A stretch of 64,000 nt of DNA, taken from assembly GCA_012295275.1 (NCBI GenBank), contig CM022674.1:12400001-12464000 (forward strand). The letters run 5' to 3'. A model generated the notes under the pieces. That model had not been told where the DNA came from. It was given only the letters and a program-made list of their open reading frames with translations, and made no database searches. Position numbers and translations under genes: made by a program. This DNA is from Chrysomallon squamiferum (Eukaryota > Animalia > Mollusca). The first letter of the stretch is position 1, and every line of letters begins with the position of its first letter. Shown piece after piece: positions 13,923 through 28,380 of this stretch.

Positions 13923-14046
13923 TGTCACACACAGAGAGACATGAGGACTGAATGACATCTTCGTCCTGTCGTCTGTTTGTACAACGACTGATCTGAGATT
14001 TTACGTGACAGACTGTTGAGATTTTAATAGTTCATCTGTTCTGATA

Positions 14047-14079
<33 letters not shown>

Positions 14080-15102
14080 TCTCCTTTAAATCTTGTTTTC
14101 CTTTTCTAAAGTCTAGTGGAGATTATGAATGAAAGCTTTATTTCTTTTCTTTTTTTTATTTCATGTGTATTGGTGTTCATTCATGTAGTTTTTTCATTCC
14201 TTTCATTTTTTTTTTTTTTTTTTTTTCTTTTGCTTTTCTTTTTTATTCATTCATGAAATCTTACATATAAATTATAGTAACCACTTTTAGGTCTAATCTT
14301 GGACTTGTGAAGTAATGTTAAATTAAGTAACACTTGATCATTATAAAACTAAACAATAATAATATTCATTTGTGGAATGTTACGAATAATCATAATAGTT
14401 CTGTAACCATATCAGTCTATTAATATATAACTGTAACAGTTTTGTAACCCATTAATCCAATAACTATTACATGAAATGATAATAATGCTATATCAACTGT
14501 AACATATTACTGGAAAAGATGTTTATCCACTGTAACCATCAATGATGTAACAACTGTTATATGAAATGAGTTTTGTAATCATCACACACAATGGCTGTTA
14601 CATATAACTGTAACAACTGTTCAGAATAGCAGATTCAGAACGAACAGGACTAAACCATTTTGAGATAAAAACAAGAACTAGTTCTTACAAATCATTGTAA
14701 CCACTGAAACCACAATGAACTGTTACACATACAATAATTTCATTCAAAATGTTTTACAATCAGTGGTTATATTATTGTAACCACTATTTTCAATTATTTA
14801 TCCATAAATATCATATATGTTATCACAAAGGTAGTATTAAACTGTAACCATCATGAGTATTTCTCAAGTATCCATATCACATGACAGTCAGGACACTATC
14901 ATTACTATCTGTCACTATTTATGTGATGTATCCACAGAGTACCACCATCAGACTCTCTTGTGATACCTGAGCTGATAATAGAATTACCTATGTGTGACAC
15001 CTGAGTGTGATTTTCACAGGTAACAGATCACCTTTTCTACACCTGCAGCAGATTACACTTTGTCACCTGTCACAGACCGTGTGAATGTCTTAATTTAGTC
15101 GA

Positions 15103-15293
15103 ATGAAAGAATTGAGAAACAGAAATTGTGCGAGAACAAAAAATTAAAAATAACAACAAATAAATAAATAAATTTTACAAAATTAAAATGAAAGAATTAA
15201 GAAACAGAAATTGTGCGAGAACAAAAAATTAAAAATAACAACAAATAAATAAATAAATTTTAAAAAATTAAAATAATAAATACAGAAATTGTG
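15103..15293. repeat. Local tandem duplication, 85-bp unit, ~2.2 copies
   Basis: atgaaagaatt(g/a)agaaacagaaattgtgcgagaacaaaaaattaaaaataac occurs at 15103 and 15188. Confidence 0.9.
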
Positions 15294-17011
15294 TTCTTTA
15301 ATTTTTAATGATTGTGTTTTTCTTTATTTGCATTTAATTTTTTTTTTTTTAAATAAGGAATTTAAATTATTTTTGTCTGTTGATATAAAGTATGTTTATT
15401 TGACGACATAAACACATATATCTGTTATCACACATATCAAATATATACATGATACCTAAATTATTTATTGCCTTAGATATAAAATCTCTAACTTTTCTCT
15501 CTCAGCTATGTAAGATATGAAATATTTACTTAACAGTTTTTTAAGTATAGAATATAATCTTTTGATTTTTTCAAAATTTAAGAAGTAAGAAATTACTACT
15601 TTGAGGTTATCAAAAGTTTAAAATGTGTGTGAAAACTATCTAAGTTTTAAAATATATATCACCAGTCTATTCTTAACTATGAAACATTTCATGTGATTTC
15701 AGATTTCACTTTTATATTTATTATTTATTAACTAAAAAAAATATGCGACAGCTAAGTTTTAAAATATCTACATTAACAAATGCATCCTCAATGACTGTAA
15801 AAGTTTCTCTAAAGCTTCAAATTTTATTTTATCATTTTTTTTATTTATTAAAACAATGAATTAAAATTTTGAAATATATATAATACTACTACAACTACTA
15901 CTACTACTACTACTAAAATGATCTTTGTATTGAAAGTACATACTTTTATTAAAACAACCAATTAAAATTTTAAAATATATATATATAAAAAAATGACCTA
16001 TGTGTTGAAAGTTCATTCTTGACATAGGTCTAGAACGTTCCATATTATTACTTCACATAACCTTTTTTTTTTTTTTAAAGAACTCATTAAAAATTTTGTT
16101 TCCATAAAATTCAACATTCTGGGAACAAATAAACAAAGATACATCAACACTGTTGGCGAAGGCATGCATGCTATGGGATAAGATTAATTTTTTGTTGGCA
16201 TTAGTTGCAGTTTCCATGGTAATTCAAGAGAGCAAAGTTGCAGACATAGCTTGCAGGTTTTTGAGTGCAGATGTAAAGCTAAACAATTATAAAATGTCAG
16301 TATCGGGTTTCTGAAACTCAGACACAGATAAACACAAGGAAATTTAAGGGAAAAAACAACATTAAAGACACATTGCATCATTTGAATAATCTGAATGGTG
16401 TGACTGTTTATTTTTGTTGAGACATTTGTTATTTTTTTTCTTCACATTTTCATATCTTTTGAAAATATGAAATTAAAAACAAACTTTTAGTTTTTTTGTG
16501 TTTGTGCAGAATAGATGGTATCTATAAGTGTTTTGTATATATTTATGATGTAGACAAGCATGTGTGTTAGCTTGTATATGTAAGGGAATAAATTAATTTA
16601 AGAATTATACTAGTAATAATGTTGCATGTCTTTAATACAAATGTGAAATACATTCAAACTTTTATTTAATTACAATTTAGTAATACTTATATACATACAT
16701 ACATACATACTGTATATACACACACACACACGCACATGCATATATATGTATATATACACACATCTGCCTTCTCATGATTCACAATCCACCTAAAACTAGA
16801 GATATACTCCAACCTCAGTTTATCTGATGTGTTCTATGCAAAATCTGTCAGTGTTTAATCTTGCAATCTCTTACAACCAGAATCAACCTCAGTCTAGAAT
16901 TTTCTGTTGTACAACTTGCCAAATTTATAAGTCTCTCTGATGTTTTCAGCATAAAACCAATAATCAGGGATTGATATTGCAGTTCCTCATTTGAAGACAG
17001 ACTATCTCAGT

Positions 17012-17408
17012 CTAGACCTGTCTATTGTGAAATCCACTGTCAGGCATTGATCCTCCTGTCTCTCACACACTGAAAACAGCCCAGACTAGACCTGTCTGTT
17101 GTGAAATCCACTGTCAGGCATTGATCCTCCTATCTCTCACACACTGAAAACAGCCCAGATTAGACCTGTCTGTTGTGAAATCCACTGTCAGGGATTGATC
17201 CTCCTATCTCTCACACACTGAAAACAGCCCAGATTAGACCTGTCTGTTGTGAAATCCACTGTCAGGGATTGATCCTCCTGTCTCTCACACACTGAAAACA
17301 GCCCAGACTAGACCTGTCTGTTGTGAAATCCACTGTCAGGGATTGATCCTCCTGTCTCTCACACACTGAAAACAGCCCAGACTAGAGCTGTCTGTTGTGG
17401 AATCCAGT
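17012..17408. repeat. Tandem repeat, 74-bp unit, ~5.3 near-identical copies (degenerate copies extend upstream to ~16790)
   Basis: tagacctgtct starts at 17013, 17087, 17161 and onward. Confidence 0.95.
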
Positions 17409-18154
17409 GTGGGGTGAAGCAAGTGCTGTAATTAAGACTGATTACTCAGGGTCTAACAGAACACATCAGATGTGCAGTCGCTCACATATTTAAGTGCTGG
17501 TTCTGGAAGGGTTGGGGTGAGTGTGCATGCCTCATAAAGCCACAACTTTTCATGTCTATAAATCTCACCTCTAATCGGAACAGGGCCACAATACCGGCAA
17601 CTTGTCCAATTATGTTCTTTCGCAACACTGAGCATTTTAGTTGTGCTCTGGTATTGTTTGCCTTCATCTCTGAGCCGATGCAAATTGTCTTACATCACAG
17701 CTGCTGAGACAGAACAGCTTGCTTCATAATGGTGGCTGGCAAATTGTACATTAATTACAGAGAACAAAAACCTGAAAGTATTTTCCACATTCAGTGTTGA
17801 AATTAAATAAGAAAGGATGTGAGAGAAAAGATCAATGAAACAGAACACCGAGGAACTTATTTGGGCTGAAGAAGTTTTATGGTTACCAAATTGTTCTTTG
17901 CTTATACATCAGAGAGATAAAAAGAAAAAGAAAAAAGAAACTGAAAATATTTTGTAGATTTAGTGTTCAAATTACATTCAGTTAGTAATAAAAAAACAGA
18001 AAAGTGGGAGAGAAAATGGAAAAATTGAATCAAAAATTTGACTGTTAACATTTTTTTCTTTAATTACAGATATCAAAACAAATAAAAAGGAAAGTATTTT
18101 CTAGATCAAGTGTTGGAATCAAATATGGATAGATGATGAAATTGTTTTTTAAAT

Positions 18155-18185
<31 letters not shown>

Positions 18186-18514
18186 TAAATAAATAAATAA
18201 AAGAAAGAAGTAAGAAAGATATAATAGAAATGATTAGGATTGAAATTTTTGTGATTTCACTTATAGAGATAAAAAGATTCCACTTTTGTGTTCAATATAA
18301 ATTTGGATACATATGAAAAAAGGAAAAAGGAAAATTTAATACAAATTATTTTATATTAAAATTTTCAAAACAGTTTTGAGTTCAGTATTTACAGGTTGGC
18401 AAAGAGGATAACCTCAGCTATATGGGTATTGATAAAGAATGAAAGAAAAAATGAATAAATGAAAGAAAGAAAGACATATTTTCAGGTTTGGATGGGCCAC
18501 AGAATAATTCCAGC

Positions 18515-18570
18515 ATATACTCTCCGGTCTGTGGGAAGGTGCTTAAAACAGCTCCTTGCTGCTAGTTAAC
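18515..18570 (+). mobile_element. Short SINE core relic (same family as 9580-9773)
   Basis: ccggtctgtgggaaggtgcttaaaacagctccttgctgcta resembles the core at 9605-9650. Confidence 0.45.
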
Positions 18571-19569
18571 AACTGATAAACCAACTGATTTTCCTTTTGC
18601 TGGTCTAATTATTCTTTCACCTCTGTGAGAAAGTTATTAAAATGTTCTTTGTTGCAAATTTAATAATTCTTAAGAGTAATTAATACACTTATGACAGTGA
18701 GTTTTCCTGTTCTTGGGCTATTATGTTAAAAATGGATTGCATTTGACTTTTAATGCTGGTTATAAATAAAATGTAGATAGCAGTGAAGAAACATTTTGAA
18801 AAATTATAAATTAAATTCATTCTCTCCATTACAATTCATTCAGAATGTTCTGGAAATAGAGAGAAATAAAATTCTATTGTTTCAGAAATGTGTTAGTAAA
18901 TTTCAGTTATTAATAATCTACTCTGATTTGTGATTACTCCAATCTATGCTGAGATTTTCAAATGAAGAAGTTGTGACACATAATACTCTGTTTATGATGC
19001 AATATTTATAATCACACTGTTAACTGATAAAATTACCCCAATGTTCCATTGGATACAGTCATTAATTGATAAGTCTGTAAATCCACACCATTATGTACAG
19101 CTATTATATCACAAAGTACATGTGTCTTCCGTTTATCCCATTCTAACAGTGATAAGAGAAAGATTAAAATTTCATTGTTTGGAATATCTGACACAAAGTC
19201 ATTAAAATAAAAGATAAAGAAAATTTCAAAGTGAAAATATTTGAAAGGAATGTTGTAATTTTCATTTTAATATACTATAAATTAAAATAAATAAATAAAT
19301 AAATTAACATAATAATAACTAGTATTATAATAATAATAATAATTTGTTCAGCTATGAGAAAACCTATAATAATGATAATGATAATTATAATGCACTACAC
19401 AAACAAATTATTATTTAAAAAGAAACAAACCCAGAAACCTACTCATACCAAAATATCCCAAGTTATTCCTAATATAGGATGTTGGTTCAGTGGATAGAAT
19501 ACTTACAAATGATTCAATATTCATCATAAATATAGTTCATCATTCATCATAAATATAATTCATCATAAA

Positions 19570-19999
19570 TGTAATTCATCAGTCATCATATTCATCATAA
19601 CAAAATTCATCATTCATCATAATTTTCTTTTAAGTGAATTAGTAATTACTCATTATGAATCTAATGACCTTACTACACTCATATTCTCCTTGTAATCGTC
19701 ATCTACATAACTGTAATTCATCATTCATCATATTCATCATAACAAAATTCATCATTCATCATAATTTCTTTTAAGCAAATTAGATAAATACTCATTATGA
19801 ATCTAATGACCTTACTACACTCATATTCTCCTTGTAATCATCATCTACATAACTGTAATTCATCATTCATCATATTCATCATAACAGAATTCATCATTCA
19901 TCATAATTTCTTTTAAGTAAATTAGATAAATACTCATTATGAATCTAATGACTTTACTACACTCATATTCTCCTTGTAATCGTCATCTACATAACTGTA
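19570..19999. repeat. Tandem repeat, 142-bp unit with internal TTCATCA subrepeats, 3 copies
   Basis: tctacataactgta occurs at 19702, 19844 and 19986. Confidence 0.93.
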
Positions 20000-21279
20000 C
20001 AACACTTACTCTCAGCTTTCCCAGACTCTCTGGACACATTTCTGTCTCACTTGGTGCTAACTGGAACCAACTGTGAGTTTTCTCACCAGGTTCAGGAGAC
20101 CAGCTGCACTCAGCTATTTGTGCCCACTTCATTACAGTTCCAGCCATAATTGTCATGGGCTGTCTTTGATGTCCAGGAGAGACCACTGCGATTTATACTT
20201 TCTCAACTAATTTCCTAACATACTAACATTATCAATACATCTGTCAGTCATAAAAATGTCATCATTTTAATTGAAGGTTCAAGCTGTCTTATTTTGGACA
20301 TTATAGAGATGATTGGAAAATTTCCATTCTTCCATCCATCCATCCTTCTTATCCATCCATACATCTGTCCATTCATCCACTTGTCCGTCTGGTCACTACA
20401 GAATGGGTGTATCGTGCAGTTGGTTCATTTTTCCATTCTAACATGTGTTAAGACAGCACTCTAAGATAAATACAGTGTACAAACAATACAGTCATTCATG
20501 TAGCAAAACTGGGAGAAAATCATTGCCAGATTTCACAGGGAATTACACACTTGTTCTGTTTGCTTAAAGAGTTCTGGAAAGAGCTTCACTTGCTGATTGG
20601 AGAATTACTATTTAAAATGAATCTCTTGTTGTGTTTTATTATTTTGTTTTGTTTCATTTTAATTAATTAATGTTTGGAGAAATTAAAAAATACAAGTTTG
20701 AAATGAAGTGTTATTAACTTGCTATATTTTACTTGAGTAAGTCATATTTGCTGAATCTGCATAAAACCCACCCCATCATTCCACCTCACTAATGCTTTCT
20801 TTGTTTCTGTCTCTGTGTGTGTGTGTGTCTCTCTCTCTCTGTGTCTGTGTCTCTCTCTCTCTGTCTGTCTGTTTCTCTCTCTCTCTCTCTCTCTCAAAAT
20901 CAGATGCCGCCTGTGTCTCAGTTGGAACTCTTTAATACTGTTGTCGGTGGATGAGTGGGATTTAGGTACAGATGAAACTGTTTTATCAGATATACAAATA
21001 CACATATTCCTCAGATCATTTCAGTCCAAAATCTGTGTTTCATCTTTTCACTGAACCAAACATTCATAGATATCCAGAATACAGAAGAAGAGATGAAAAT
21101 AATAATCATGGCTTGCAAACAGCTGCCTGGCAGCAGATCAGATAGAAAAAATAAACAGAGAGCATATCTCACATTTGTAGAGTTTCTCCAGATCTGGGTC
21201 AGAGGCTGGCACTAATAAACCACAGCATGAAACAGGTCATTCCTTTGAGAACTTCCCAGAAATCTGAGTCTGTTTTTCG

Positions 21280-22500
21280 GTACTAGTCGATATTAGATTG
21301 ATATAAAATGGTTCTGGAGAGAGAATGATCTGTATCACAAAAATCTGTATATGTGTTTTTTAGTATTATTCAATATTAGATTGATGTAAAATGGTTCTGG
21401 AGAGAAAACCAGCAGAAACACAAAAATCTGTACATGTGTTTTAAGTATTAGTGGATATTGGATTTTTGGTTCTGGAGAGAGAATACTATCTGTGGATATT
21501 TTTAGATTGATGTAAAATGGTTTTGGAGAAAACCATTGGTATCACAAATATCTATATATGTGTTTTTATCAACAAAATATTAGTTTTGTGTAAGATGGTA
21601 CTTGAGAAAACCATCATATGAATCTGTATATGTGTCATAAAAACAAGTGAATATTAGATTGATGTAACAGTATTCAAAAATCTGTTTTAGTACTAAATAT
21701 TGGTATCAGATAATAAGTTTGTTTTTAGTACCAAGAAACCATCATGTAAATGCAAGATAGAATCAACTGTGTTTTTGTACGCTTCAGCTTAGTGAAACAT
21801 ACTGGTATCAGATAATAAGCTATCAGATAATAAGTTTGTTTTTTAGTATCAACAGAATCATTGGTTGATACTGGAGAGAACCATCATTATTGAAGAAATG
21901 TGTTTGGTTTTTAGTACTAATATAATAACTGGTACTGGAGAATAAGTTTGGGTTTTATTACCAACTGATATTAGACTAAAATAGTCCTTAAGAGATGTAC
22001 CTCAGTATGAGAAATCTTTATAGCTTTTATTACCAACTCAATCATAATTTGGTGTGTTATGGTTTTGGAGAAACAGTTTGGTTTATAGTAACACAAGATA
22101 CAAAGGCTTAGTGCATATAAGTATCAGAAAATGAGTTTTCTTTTTAGTACCAACTAATTCTAAAGCTTGTTGGAAATTGTTATCTGAGCATTTATTAGAT
22201 TTTTAGTATCAATGAATAAGAGAGCATTAAAAAACAAAAAACTAAATAATTCTTTTTCTTTTTTTTCTTTCAAGAATTTTAAAACCCAAATTGTTTTTGT
22301 TAGTGCTGATTTATAGCAAAGTACTAAAAACCAAACTCAGCAATAATTTACACAAGTCTAGAACTAAAACAAACTCATTCTGCCAAACTGTTATTTTAAT
22401 TTGAATACTAAAACAGAAAAATATTTTTTTTTTTCTGATATTAATTTACTATTAGCTTTTTATTCACTGAATAGGCTCATAAAACCCAAACACATTTTCT
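21280..22500. repeat. Old degenerate repeat array (tattagattgatgtaaaatggttctggagagaa / tttttagtac motifs), partly inverted at the right end
   Basis: Motifs recur through 21290-22210, and reverse-complement motifs (gtactaaaaaccaaac, aaaacccaaac) appear at 22280-22500. Confidence 0.6.
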
Positions 22501-23785
22501 GATTTGAAATATTTAAATTATCTTGACACTGCAGGAACTGCTGGCAGTTCATTGAGATATTGGTATTTTCCATCTGAAGCAGTTTGTAAGTTACTTCAGT
22601 GACAGGAAATGTTTCACAAATGGCATGTGACAAGCTTGCTCTGTTTTCACAGTTTTCCTTCCAAGTTCATATTTTTTTTTGTTTTCATAAAAAATACATT
22701 TTGAGTGGGTGGAAATGGTCTCAGAGATGGGATATTTTAGAAAGAATGTGCATTATAGCTTCAAATATTTTAAGCACATGAACTATATATATATATAAAA
22801 TTTCTGGTGCTCAAATTTGAAATTGTAGCCTGTGTGTTTTATTGTCCATGTTACAGTGTCTTCTAGCCCAATTTTACATCTTCTTTTCTCAATCTCCCTA
22901 TCTTACTCCTCTTCTCTCTCATTCCCTTATCTCTTTTTCTCTCTCTAAAATTTTATTAATACATTTTTTTTAAACAGATATTTCGGTATAATATATTTTA
23001 TACATCCAGCAGCCATACTCATACTCAGTCACAACTTTAATTTCTTTCAGTTTTAACTTTTTTTTCCCCTCCTTCCACCATTTCTACATAATCTGTAGAA
23101 GAATGAAAGAAAAAAACAAACAAATAAGAAACAGGAAACTGTACTCCAAAGAAAATTATGCAATGCTTTTTCTAAGTGGCATTGATGGATGTATTTTCAA
23201 AATTTTTGAAATTCTTCAAGTCTGTAATCCCAGAATTCCATGAAAACAATGAATACGCTGACATTCTGAACAAATTCTTTGTCAGTAGAACTAAATTTCT
23301 GTAAAAACAGTTCTTTAAACATTTTTATTTTAAACAGTCTGTACTGTTTAGTACAAGATATATGAACTAATTGCTTGGGTTTAAGGAATTAAGTTTATTT
23401 TATATTACTGAAGAATAATTTCAGACTTTTTTCTATCTTTCAGTATTAGGGGTTTGTCAACTTTTTGGTAGAAACACTTGTATTAAAAAAATCTGTTGTA
23501 TATTACATTATTTATTTATTTATTTATTTATTCCTTTTTATTTTATTAGTTCAGGACATGGTTGAAATCATTATTTATTTATCTATTTTTATGTGATAAA
23601 AAACAACATATTAATCATGCTACTTTATCTAAATAATAACAGATAAAATATAATTCACATTATGTAGTTATTTAAATTATCTTAAAATTTTTTTAGTATT
23701 AGCATTTTTAACATTTATTATTATTTTTTTATCATTCTATGGTTCAGGACATAATTGTAATTTTATTATACTATTATAATTATCA

Positions 23786-23830
<45 letters not shown>

Positions 23831-24939
23831 GACCATGCAGACTTTAACTTCACACTGTTTCTTTTAAATCTTGTTACAGTCAGGTTCTGCTTTCTATCTT
23901 TCAGAACAAAATGACAAAACAGGCAATATAATTTTTATTGTAAATTTATTATACATTTATTCATAACTACTACACTGTGTACATTAACCAGAAACAGACA
24001 AAATCTTTTTATGCTGTTAAATGATGCGAGAAAGCAAAATAAATGATAACATTTTGCAATTTGAATGTGTTTACACAGCCGTTCGCAACCTTTGACATTT
24101 CACAGCCTTTTGAATAATCTATGAATATCAGCTACAACACACACTCACATCTACAATGAATGATTTTCAATTTGAAACAGGTTCAGAGCTCAAAGCAGTC
24201 TAGACAGAAAGTTACTACATCACTTCAGTGTTCATAGCTTCCTTTTTTCAAAAAAAAAAAAGATAAAAAAAAGCACTTCCATTCTGTTTTTGAAATCTAT
24301 TTAATAAGCAGTCCTTTGTAATAATAACATCAGTGTGAACTGCATATAGTATGAACAAAGTTAATGATTTAGATGCCAATCTTTAATAATAATAAAGTGT
24401 ATTTTAAATTTGTAGGTTTTAATGCATAAAAAAAAAATGAAAGCGTCTTGCTTAAAATGGCTGTATACATGATTTGCTGGTACATACAAATTGTATGGAA
24501 TGGTTAGGTGTAGGTTACAGTATCCCTCAGTTTCCATTGTTTTCTTTTCTTACTCAGTTTCTGTTATTTATAGAGACCACACCTTGCTGAGTCAGTGTCT
24601 GCAACAATAAGAATTAAACAATAAATAACAATATCTTTTCTTTTCTGTTACGTTTTTGCCATGGAAATAATACTGACTAAAATGATGCAATAAATAATAT
24701 GGAAAGATCACAGGGATCGCATATTTTGAAACAATGTAGATCATAGCTTCATAAATTGTACAAATATGAATAGACATCACACAATTATCGTGAAATAAAT
24801 AGAACAATTAATAATGCTTTTTTTAAACTGAGTTAAAATAAGTTGTATAAAACTAAAGGAGATATTAAATAACAGCTGAATTATTTATATGTTAAAGTAA
24901 AATGTGTGTTAAAAAGTTAAATTGTGTTAAAAAGTAAAA

Positions 24940-25426
24940 TGTGTGTTAAATATGAGTTAAAGTTAAAACAACAGTGTTAAATATGAGTTAAACTAACAAC
25001 AGCAGTGTTAAATATGAGTTAAAATAACAGTTTGTTAAATATAAGTTAAAATATGAGTTAAAGTAACAGTTGTGTTAAATATGAGTTAAAGTAACAGTTG
25101 TGTTAAATATGAGTTAAAGTAACAGTTGTGTTAAATATGAGTTAAAGTAACAAGAGTGTTAAATATGAGTTAAAGTATCAGTTGTGTTAAATATGAGTTA
25201 AAGTAACAGTTGTGTTAAATATGAGTTAAAGAAACAGTGGTGTTAAATATGAGTTAAAGCAACAGTTGTGTTAAATATGAGTTAACTAACAAGAGTGTTA
25301 AATATGAGTTAAAGAAACAGTTGTGTTAAATATGAATTAAAGTAACAGTTGTGTTAAATATGAGTTAAAGTAACAGTTGTGTTAAATATGAGTTAAAGTA
25401 ACAGTTGTGTTAAATATGAGTTAAAG
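24940..25426. repeat. Minisatellite, 28-bp unit GTTGTGTTAAATATGAGTTAAAGTAACA, ~17 copies
   Basis: atgagttaaa recurs at 25081, 25109 and onward. Confidence 0.96.
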
Positions 25427-27419
25427 GTCAGACAGCTAGATTCCTCACTGGTGCATGTAGCAGAAGTGATACACAGCAAATGAAAAACAGATACATCAAA
25501 GCAGAAACCAACGTAACTGGAAACCTCTAAAACTCTGCACACCAATAAATTCTGATGCAAAAGCTGCACTTCTCAGTTAACTATTCTTTAATCTTTTTGA
25601 GTTTCACCTCGTGTAAAAAAAGTAATTTATCTTGACTGTTTCATTTCCTGTACATTTCAGGAGAGGAAAACATATTTTAGGTAAAAAAAAATATTTGTTT
25701 TATTGCTAGTTTATGTCCCAAGACTTTCAGGAAAATTACTGGACAATTTAGATATGGATTTATTGTCAGGAAATGGTTACAAATATTTTAAGAACCAGGG
25801 CAATAAAAAATCAAAAAAGATGGTGGATACTTTCAAAATATTTTAAAGTTTGTTTGTTTCTTGCTGTTAAAGTTGACATATAGTATTGCTAAAAGTATAT
25901 ATTTTTGGCAACCAACCTTTATTAAGAATAATGTATCCTAATAATACAATAATACTGGCTTAACATTGTTAATATATTATTGTTAGGTTTTGCATGTTAC
26001 TAAAAAGTTATTTATATTGGCAGCTGAACCTTGCTAATAAGTAAGTATGACAATGATATAATGAAATACTTCAATATTATAATAATAATGGCTAATAATT
26101 TATTAACATTAATGTTATATTATTGTCAGGATATTACTATTTTGCACATTATTTATTATCTACAGCCAAACTTTGCTAATAAAAAAGTTATTTTGTACTT
26201 GTGGCATTATATCATGGAAGATAGCAAGCAAATACATACCAGTCTTTGATACAGTAATCATGCTGCCATTATTATTCCATGAGAGATACAAACTTATAAC
26301 AGAACCAAGTGATGCATAATATACCTGCAATCAAACATTATTAGATATAATTAATTCTGTAATAGTCAAGATTAATGCTAATCCTATTACATAATCAGAT
26401 TATCTTAGATTAATTTAACAGTGATTTACAGATCATGATGTCAGTAAATGTTCTGTTCCGTTAATTAATCTAGATGATTATATAAAAATTCCTGAAAATA
26501 TCTAGTATGTATGTATGTATATATCTATGTATTCCAGGATATATTGTATTTAAAACTGATTTCAGCTCCACTGATAATTGTTTAGTTTGCTGCACTGAAG
26601 ACAAAATTACAATATTTATCTTTGATTAATATTTTTTTTAGACTGGACAAGATTCTGTTGTATTTTTTGTATGGTAGCATGTTAGCAAGAAAATTTAGAG
26701 AAAAGCTGATGTTGCTTTAGACCTAGTGAAAAGTAGGCAGTTTTAGTAACAAATGTATCTTGATATGTTAGTTAAAAATAAAAGAAGAAATGGTGTATTT
26801 TTAGAACTAGTTAAAAAGTTTGTAAGTTAGTGGTTAGTAATAAATAAGAAATCTTTGGGTTTTTTTTTTTTTATGTAAAGTTATGAAATTAGTTAAAAGT
26901 TTGTTAATCTTTTTGTCTATTTCGTGTTCCAACCATTGATTTGTAAGTTAAAGACAAGTGTATATACTGTCCTGTCTGTTGAAAAGAAAATATAAAATAT
27001 GTTTTGCAAAAGTAGAAATGTAGCAGATTTGTGTTAGAACTAGATATAACAAAAAGTTTGGCATCAATTACCAGATGATGTAAAATTTGGGTAACATGCA
27101 CCATTATCTTACCCTGAACTTCTTCTTTAATTTTCTCACAATTTTTAACAAAAAAAAAAAAAAAAGATGTAATTTTTGTAATTTAATATTTTATCAACCG
27201 TAATCTCATTTAACCTTAAGACTGCACTGAAATTAATAAACAGGAGTGTCTGTTCTGATGTAGGTGCAGTACCTACTTACAATCCCCCAACTGCACCAGG
27301 CCCCCCCTTTAATTTTATGAGCCTGCCAATACCCGGGGCCCTTGTGTCACATGACCATTAAGTGCAAAAGGTTTAACAAAGTATTTTATCAAGTGTTTTG
27401 ATTGTCTATTCAAACATAT

Positions 27420-28170
27420 TTCAGTTACCAAGTGCAGCAGACAGTGATGTCACACAACCAGACGGTCACTGCACTTTTAATCTGTCTAGTAAGATACATT
27501 TCTGTCTGGCATATTGCAGTTGTAGTAGCTGTTGTTAAATTACTGTTAACAAGAACAAGAACAAAAACATTAATAATTAATAACAATAATTAATAATAAT
27601 ACTAATAATACTAATAATAATACAATCAATAAAAATGAAAGTAAATGTATAACAGTTACCCAGTGCAGCAGATGTCAAAACAAACAGTGATGTCATATAG
27701 CAGACTGTCCCAGCACTTTTACTCTGTCTAGTAAAATACATTGCTGTTCAGTACACAGCAATTTCTAGTAGCTGTTGTTAAATTACTGTTAACAAGAAAA
27801 ATAGCAACAACAATATTAATTATTAATAAATAAATAAATAAATAAAATAATGATGCAATCAGTAAAAATGAAAATAAATGTACCTGCAGTTATCAAGTGC
27901 AGCAGACGTCAAATCAGACAGGGATGTCACAGTACAGAAGGTCAGTCCATTTTTAGTCTGTCTAGTAAGATACATTGCTGTTTAGTATATTGCATTGTTG
28001 TAGTTGTTGTTAAATTACTGTTAACAACAACAACAAAAAATAATAAAAATTCAAATACCAAACATACCTCAGTTAACAAGTGCAGCATGCATCAATTGAG
28101 GAAGTGATGTCACAAATTGATGTCTCTCTAGTAAAATACACTGCTGTTAGTGTTAGTACATTGCAGTTGT
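27420..28170. repeat. Diverged long-unit tandem repeat (~180-235 bp), 4 copies
   Basis: cagtta..aagtgcagca...tgatgtcaca...tctagtaa(g/a)atacatt...gttgttaaattactgtt starts near 27422, 27653, 27887 and 28070. Confidence 0.8.
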
Positions 28171-28242
28171 TTCTGAATGTTTATTATTAATACTTATTGT
28201 TATTGATACAAGTGTAACAATATTCTTAATGATGCTAAGGAT

Positions 28243-28253
28243 ACTGCTACTGT

Positions 28254-28290
<37 letters not shown>

Positions 28291-28330
28291 GCTACTACTA
28301 CTACTACTACTGCTACTACTACTGCTACTT

Positions 28331-28371
<41 letters not shown>

Positions 28372-28380
28372 ACTACTACT
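28243..28380. repeat. Compound (CTA)n/(CTG)n microsatellite
   Basis: Direct trinucleotide runs. They explain the poly-Leu and poly-Val/Ala ORFs. Confidence 0.95.
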
